Positions 59,213 to 64,000 of a DNA stretch of 64,000 nucleotides are shown here, in pieces. This DNA comes from Antedon mediterranea (taxonomy: Eukaryota > Animalia > Echinodermata), in contig NC_092673.1 of NCBI RefSeq assembly GCF_964355755.1, positions 34,283,648-34,347,647 of the forward strand, in the 5' to 3' direction. The position numbers and the translations under genes were made by a program. Below the pieces are notes generated by a model that had not been told where the DNA came from, ran no database searches, and saw only the letters and a list, made by a program, of their open reading frames with translations. Every line of letters starts with the position of its first letter. Position 1 is the stretch's first letter.

Positions 59213-62200
59213 TCAGTCATCTTCTTCCATCGATGAATCATCCTCTTCACTACTTGTCTGATCTGGGTCATCGCATTGTTCTCTGCACTTTGAACAATCG
59301 CAAACAAACAGATAATTTAACCTAAAACAGAAAAAACAACTTGGATATAATGCGAAAAATGCATGCAAAAATGCTGAAAATATTTTACAAATACAATACA
59401 AAGTCAGGAACAGTTTAAGAACTGTGCACAACTTTCGCATACCATGGCTGTATCATTCGCTCATAATTTGCATATGACGCGCGCTTATGTTGACCATGTG
59501 ATCTAGCATAATTATGTAACAATGTTAAATTTATTGTTTAAAGTATTTGTAACAGACGCCACGGCAATACAAAATATTAAATGGCACATGAATGCGAAAT
59601 GCAGAAGAAAATATGTGCATCAATGTTTATCTCTCTGCATTTAAATTAAAATGAATGTATTAAGATGCATTTAAGTCTTCATGTATCAATCAATCAATCA
59701 GAAGAACTTACTTAAGCAGCTTTTGTCTGGAATGTCGGCTTCTTGTTTGTGCACACTCATCCAGATAACATATGTTGATTTCCTTCAATATTAAAACAAG
59801 ATTCAATTAGACATAATCATGGACCGAGAAACAAAGCTGGATGGAATTTAGTCTCTTACTATAGCCGAGCATGCTGTTTGTAGATTGTACAAGCCCACAT
59901 TTGTGAAGATGTCATATTAGGTGACTATAAATAATAACCTAATATTTTATGAGCCACTCTTACTAAAAAGGTCTCGCAGCGATTAGAGAAAAGTAGACGA
60001 TTTTAAAAGGTTGAGTTCTGAGAAGAGACTAAAACTGTGAAAACATTGACCAATGATGTACTGTATAATGCACACCTTAAGGTAATGTAGTGCATTATGT
60101 GCTGTGGTATGCATAAATGATGGATGAATGAATGCAAAATACAACTTTAAAATATGCCACGGAATGTAGCCAAGGCGTTGGGAATTGGGGTGAGTGGTGA
60201 AAATTAAAAATTTCAAACGAGGAAAGCACCTCGCCTGCCTCATGCTGGCTACGGCCCTGGTAGCCACAATACACAGCTCTATACTCACGTCACCCTCTGC
60301 TATATTTTTCAAAGCAACTAAACTCATCGTTGAATTCTGGTCCAGAAACTGCACTTCAGCATTCGGATCACAACTATGGTTACCTTTAGTTTAAAAAAAA
60401 ACAAAAATGTATAAAAATTAAACCAATAAAACCAATCTATAATGTGTAGATTTTGCTTTCTAAACCACTAAAATATACTTACAGCAACTTTGAAGTGAAT
60501 ACAGAGCTGATCCCTCACAATTCAAAAAATTACCAGATTCTGTAAAAGGTTCATAATAAATATTATATATTATATAGAAAACATAAACACAGTTCTACAG
60601 TCATCAAATCAAATTTTCTGCTTATTTCTGGAGGAATATTTAGCTTATGTACGGATTTCACTTGAAGAATATTTTCATAAAGTTGAGCTTCATTTAAATA
60701 CTCTGGAGTGACTAAAGTAAGGGTTGGCGATGTGTTATAATTGTGTTATAATTAAGAATAATGAAATAGATGTTGTCAATGAATTTAAGTATCTTGGTAC
60801 CATTATAGATAAGGACTTTTGTTGGACGCCTAATACAATATACCTTACTAAGAAAGCTAATCAGCACCTGTATTTTCTCAGAAATTTTAAAAAGTTCAGA
60901 GTTAGTGAGGATATTCTTTATTTATTTTTCTCTAGTGTTATTACAAGTGTTCTTTTATACAACTGCATTGTCTGGTTTGCCAGTCTATCGGGAATAAACA
61001 AGGATAAATTTAAGAAAGTTTAGAATTACGAACAATTACATCTAGATTTGCTTTCTCTAAACAACTTAACGAATTACTTTTATTTAAGTATATAAAAGAA
61101 TAATCTATAATTTACAATGTTTTATATATTGTTAATCCATCAGATATTATCTACTGAACTGATATGGTTTTGTTTATTACAGTATAGTACATACAGCACT
61201 TTACGTTATTTATTTATTATTCAAAATTTTTTGTTTTGTTTTTGACGTTTTCAAATTTTTATTTTCTTTTAAGTTCTGTTATTTATTTGTTAATTTTGTA
61301 GCTTAAGTTAGTTAAGATAAAAGGTACCAAGCTTGATTAGCTTCGGCTATATCTTGGCTACCTTTTGTATTGAAATTGTTTTTGTTTGATACAATAAAAG
61401 AAGAAAGAAAAGAAAAAGATGTCAAAAAGTAATATGAAAAGAGCTGGCAGAGTAATTGGCTGCAATGTAAAACACGTCGATGATATACATACTGACTATT
61501 TATATAAGCATTTTGTCAAGATCATGAATAATACAAAACACCCTCTAAATCAGTATATTGTGTATCAAAGGTCAGGTAGGATTAGGCCTCTTAAGGGTCA
61601 TACTAATCGGCACAGAAACTCCTTCCTAGTAAACTGTAGATTTTTAAGATAATGTTTCAGTGTAGTATTTATTTATGTTGTAGTGTGGTGAGTTCTTGCA
61701 GCAAGCAAGAAGAATTTCAACTGTCACATGTTTGGCCTTTGACAATAAAGTTTTCTTGTATCTTGTAAATCCAAAACTGAAATGTGTACAGCATCATAAA
61801 ATCATTTTGTTCATAAACTATTGATATTTTTTGTGTTTGTTACTACTTCTGAGGACAACCAATGTAATTTGATTGAAACGTCAAGAAACTCAACAGTTCT
61901 TTTCAGAACTATACATGTGGTGCACTGCAAACTTATATCAACTATTTTAACTGTCATTAATATACAGTATGAGACTAATCTATATCACATAGATATCACA
62001 TAGAGTAAAGGCATTGTATGCTTAGATTTCCAAAGTTTGGGTGAGAAGGTGAGAAGACGTTTGTGGCTATGCTAAGCATTGGGACAATACACTGGTATTT
62101 ATCAATGGCTAGTCATAACATGACGGTTCAACAAAGAAAAATTACCATTTTCAATATCAACATAAATTTGGTCAATAAAACTATCTAACTTTTGTCTTTC

Positions 62201-64000
62201 TTCTTCCTCCAAATGTAGATCATCACAATTACTTACATAAACACTCAATGAACTGAAATAAAGTGAAAAACAATCGTCAAATCTCTCAAACAAACCGGAT
62301 CTGACAAATGACAGATACAATGAACATTCAATGTGAAATTAATGAAGGGTATGTTCAGACACAAATGCTATACTTCAAAAGCAACATGACTGACTTGTTA
62401 TGTAGAAAATCTGGTGTGATAAATAAATTGTAACAATGATTAATACAGTTTTATTTATATCACTTTTAAATATATTACCTGTATACACATTGATAAAATT
62501 ACCAGAAGGTCTAAAACTAATTTGCACAAAATGATATTGGAAAATAAAAAAATATTACAAAATACATACCTAGTACCCACTCCTTGGCCATTGGTTCCTA
62601 TGAGAGCAAACAGTGATCGGATACCTTCAGGTGTAAACCACTGTATTAAAAAAATGCATTTTAGGCCCTGTTCGTAGCGATAGAATTACAGTGTTTTAGT
62701 ACACAATGGCTATTGTACAGTGAAATGTGTTTTTGTTTTTACAATGCGCACTGAACCGTTTCAGATGATAATGGTTGAATGTACAATTTTAGCGTATTAT
62801 ACGTTAGATGTAATTCAACGTTCTATCAACATTTATTATAATATAAAAAGAACACGTTCTGGGAAGAATGAGATGATGGCCTGTGTCTGAACACCAACTC
62901 CCCCCCCACTGGGGTTTATAATTTACTTGCAGCTTCGTATGAGAATACTCCATTGGTGTGAATGACTTACTGTATATTCAAGCAATAACTTGACACTGTA
63001 TATGACATGATACTGTATTTTACACAAATCATTAATTACCTCCATACAATGTTTGGTAAGATACATACTGTTACTTACATGAGCTACGGTGTCCTCCTGA
63101 AGAGCTGCCGTGAAGACACTGAGCAACGTGTCAAACTGTTCTTGAAAACGTGTTCCCATTAATTTATGAACTAATTCTTTTTCCTCATTGGCTGTTGCTC
63201 GACAGAAATTTGCAAATCTTTCGATTGCATTATCTTTGTCTTTTGCCTAAATGAAAGCATTTTTAGAAACAATTCTTTAAAGTAAAGTCTTTATCCTCCA
63301 AATAAATAAATATATATGTATATAAAACATTTCAAACATGTTGATAATAAGCAATTATTATCACTTTATTATTTTTTATTTCATACGCATCCAACAGCAA
63401 GTAACTCTCCAATTACATTTGAGGCTTAGGTAGTGTAGTTTACAGAATCGTGAGTTGAAACCCTACGTTAGGATTGAACGCTAGATTTGGGTTTGGAAGG
63501 CAAGCATGTTAACCACCAAGCTACAGCTCCACTATTACCTCTACAGTAAATAAAACTGTCTGTGTGGCTCACTTGTTTTATAATAGCAATCATCTTGGCT
63601 AGTAACATAATACTTGTTGTTTCTGGTGGGAAATGCATATTCCTAAACAAAAGTAATTAAATACAAAGTTTATACTGGTGAAAAAAGGTGTCAATTTAAA
63701 ATTATACCCAAACAATTTTAACCCATGAATCATGTTGACATTGGTATGCTTAGTTTTTCCATAGTTTCCTAAAAAAATGACTGGGGTATTTAATAATGTT
63801 TAACACTTAGAGGCTTCACAACATTAGGCACTATATAAATCCAGGATATTATTATTATATACAATTTTGATTTAATTTCTCGCTTATTGGCCACTGAAAA
63901 AGTTGGCAGGTATACAATTGAATGATCAATCAACCAACCCACCTCCATACATCCTGTATCATTACTAGTGGGTGATCAGGGTCTGGTGGATGCTGAGAAA
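59213..64000 (-). CDS. SMYD5: SET and MYND domain protein 5, 3' portion
   Basis: Exons >64000-63943, 63642-63573, 63246-63079, 62640-62570, 62252-62146, 60539-60483, 60383-60289, 59782-59712, 59321-59213. Motifs [62 protein letters not shown] and an acidic tail. Confidence 0.95.
60745..61765 (+). mobile_element. Rex/L2-like LINE 3' fragment interrupted by a second LINE tail (~61021-61417)
   Basis: [11 protein letters not shown]...[11 protein letters not shown]...[11 protein letters not shown], resuming at RAGRVIG...HPL...RSGR...TNRHRNSF with AATAAA. Confidence 0.8.

Overview
AT-rich, intron-containing animal genomic DNA, probably an invertebrate; no prokaryotic operons or CRISPR. The right third holds two convergent housekeeping genes: a complete spliced NMNAT (+, 46819-55723) and the 3' part of SMYD5 (-, 59213 to the window end). 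The middle (31-46 kb) is nested DNA transposons, LINE remnants and a ~9 kb TIR element carrying a ~97-bp satellite. The left 30 kb is the unusual part. It has two copies of a spliced gene for a zinc-finger plus tyrosine-recombinase protein: one apparently intact (5 exons, about 537 aa), one deletion-riddled. The intact copy is preceded by an inverted-repeat-bounded array of ~38-bp palindromes. Around the damaged copy lies a ~21 kb mosaic of short, mostly co-oriented fragments: about 20 diverged death-effector-domain (DED)-like pieces, SEFIR/TIR-like pieces, pieces of the recombinase gene itself, a CRESS-virus-type Rep helicase pseudogene and an intronless AlkB-like gene lacking its catalytic motifs. 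All family calls come from motif recognition by eye, not database searches.
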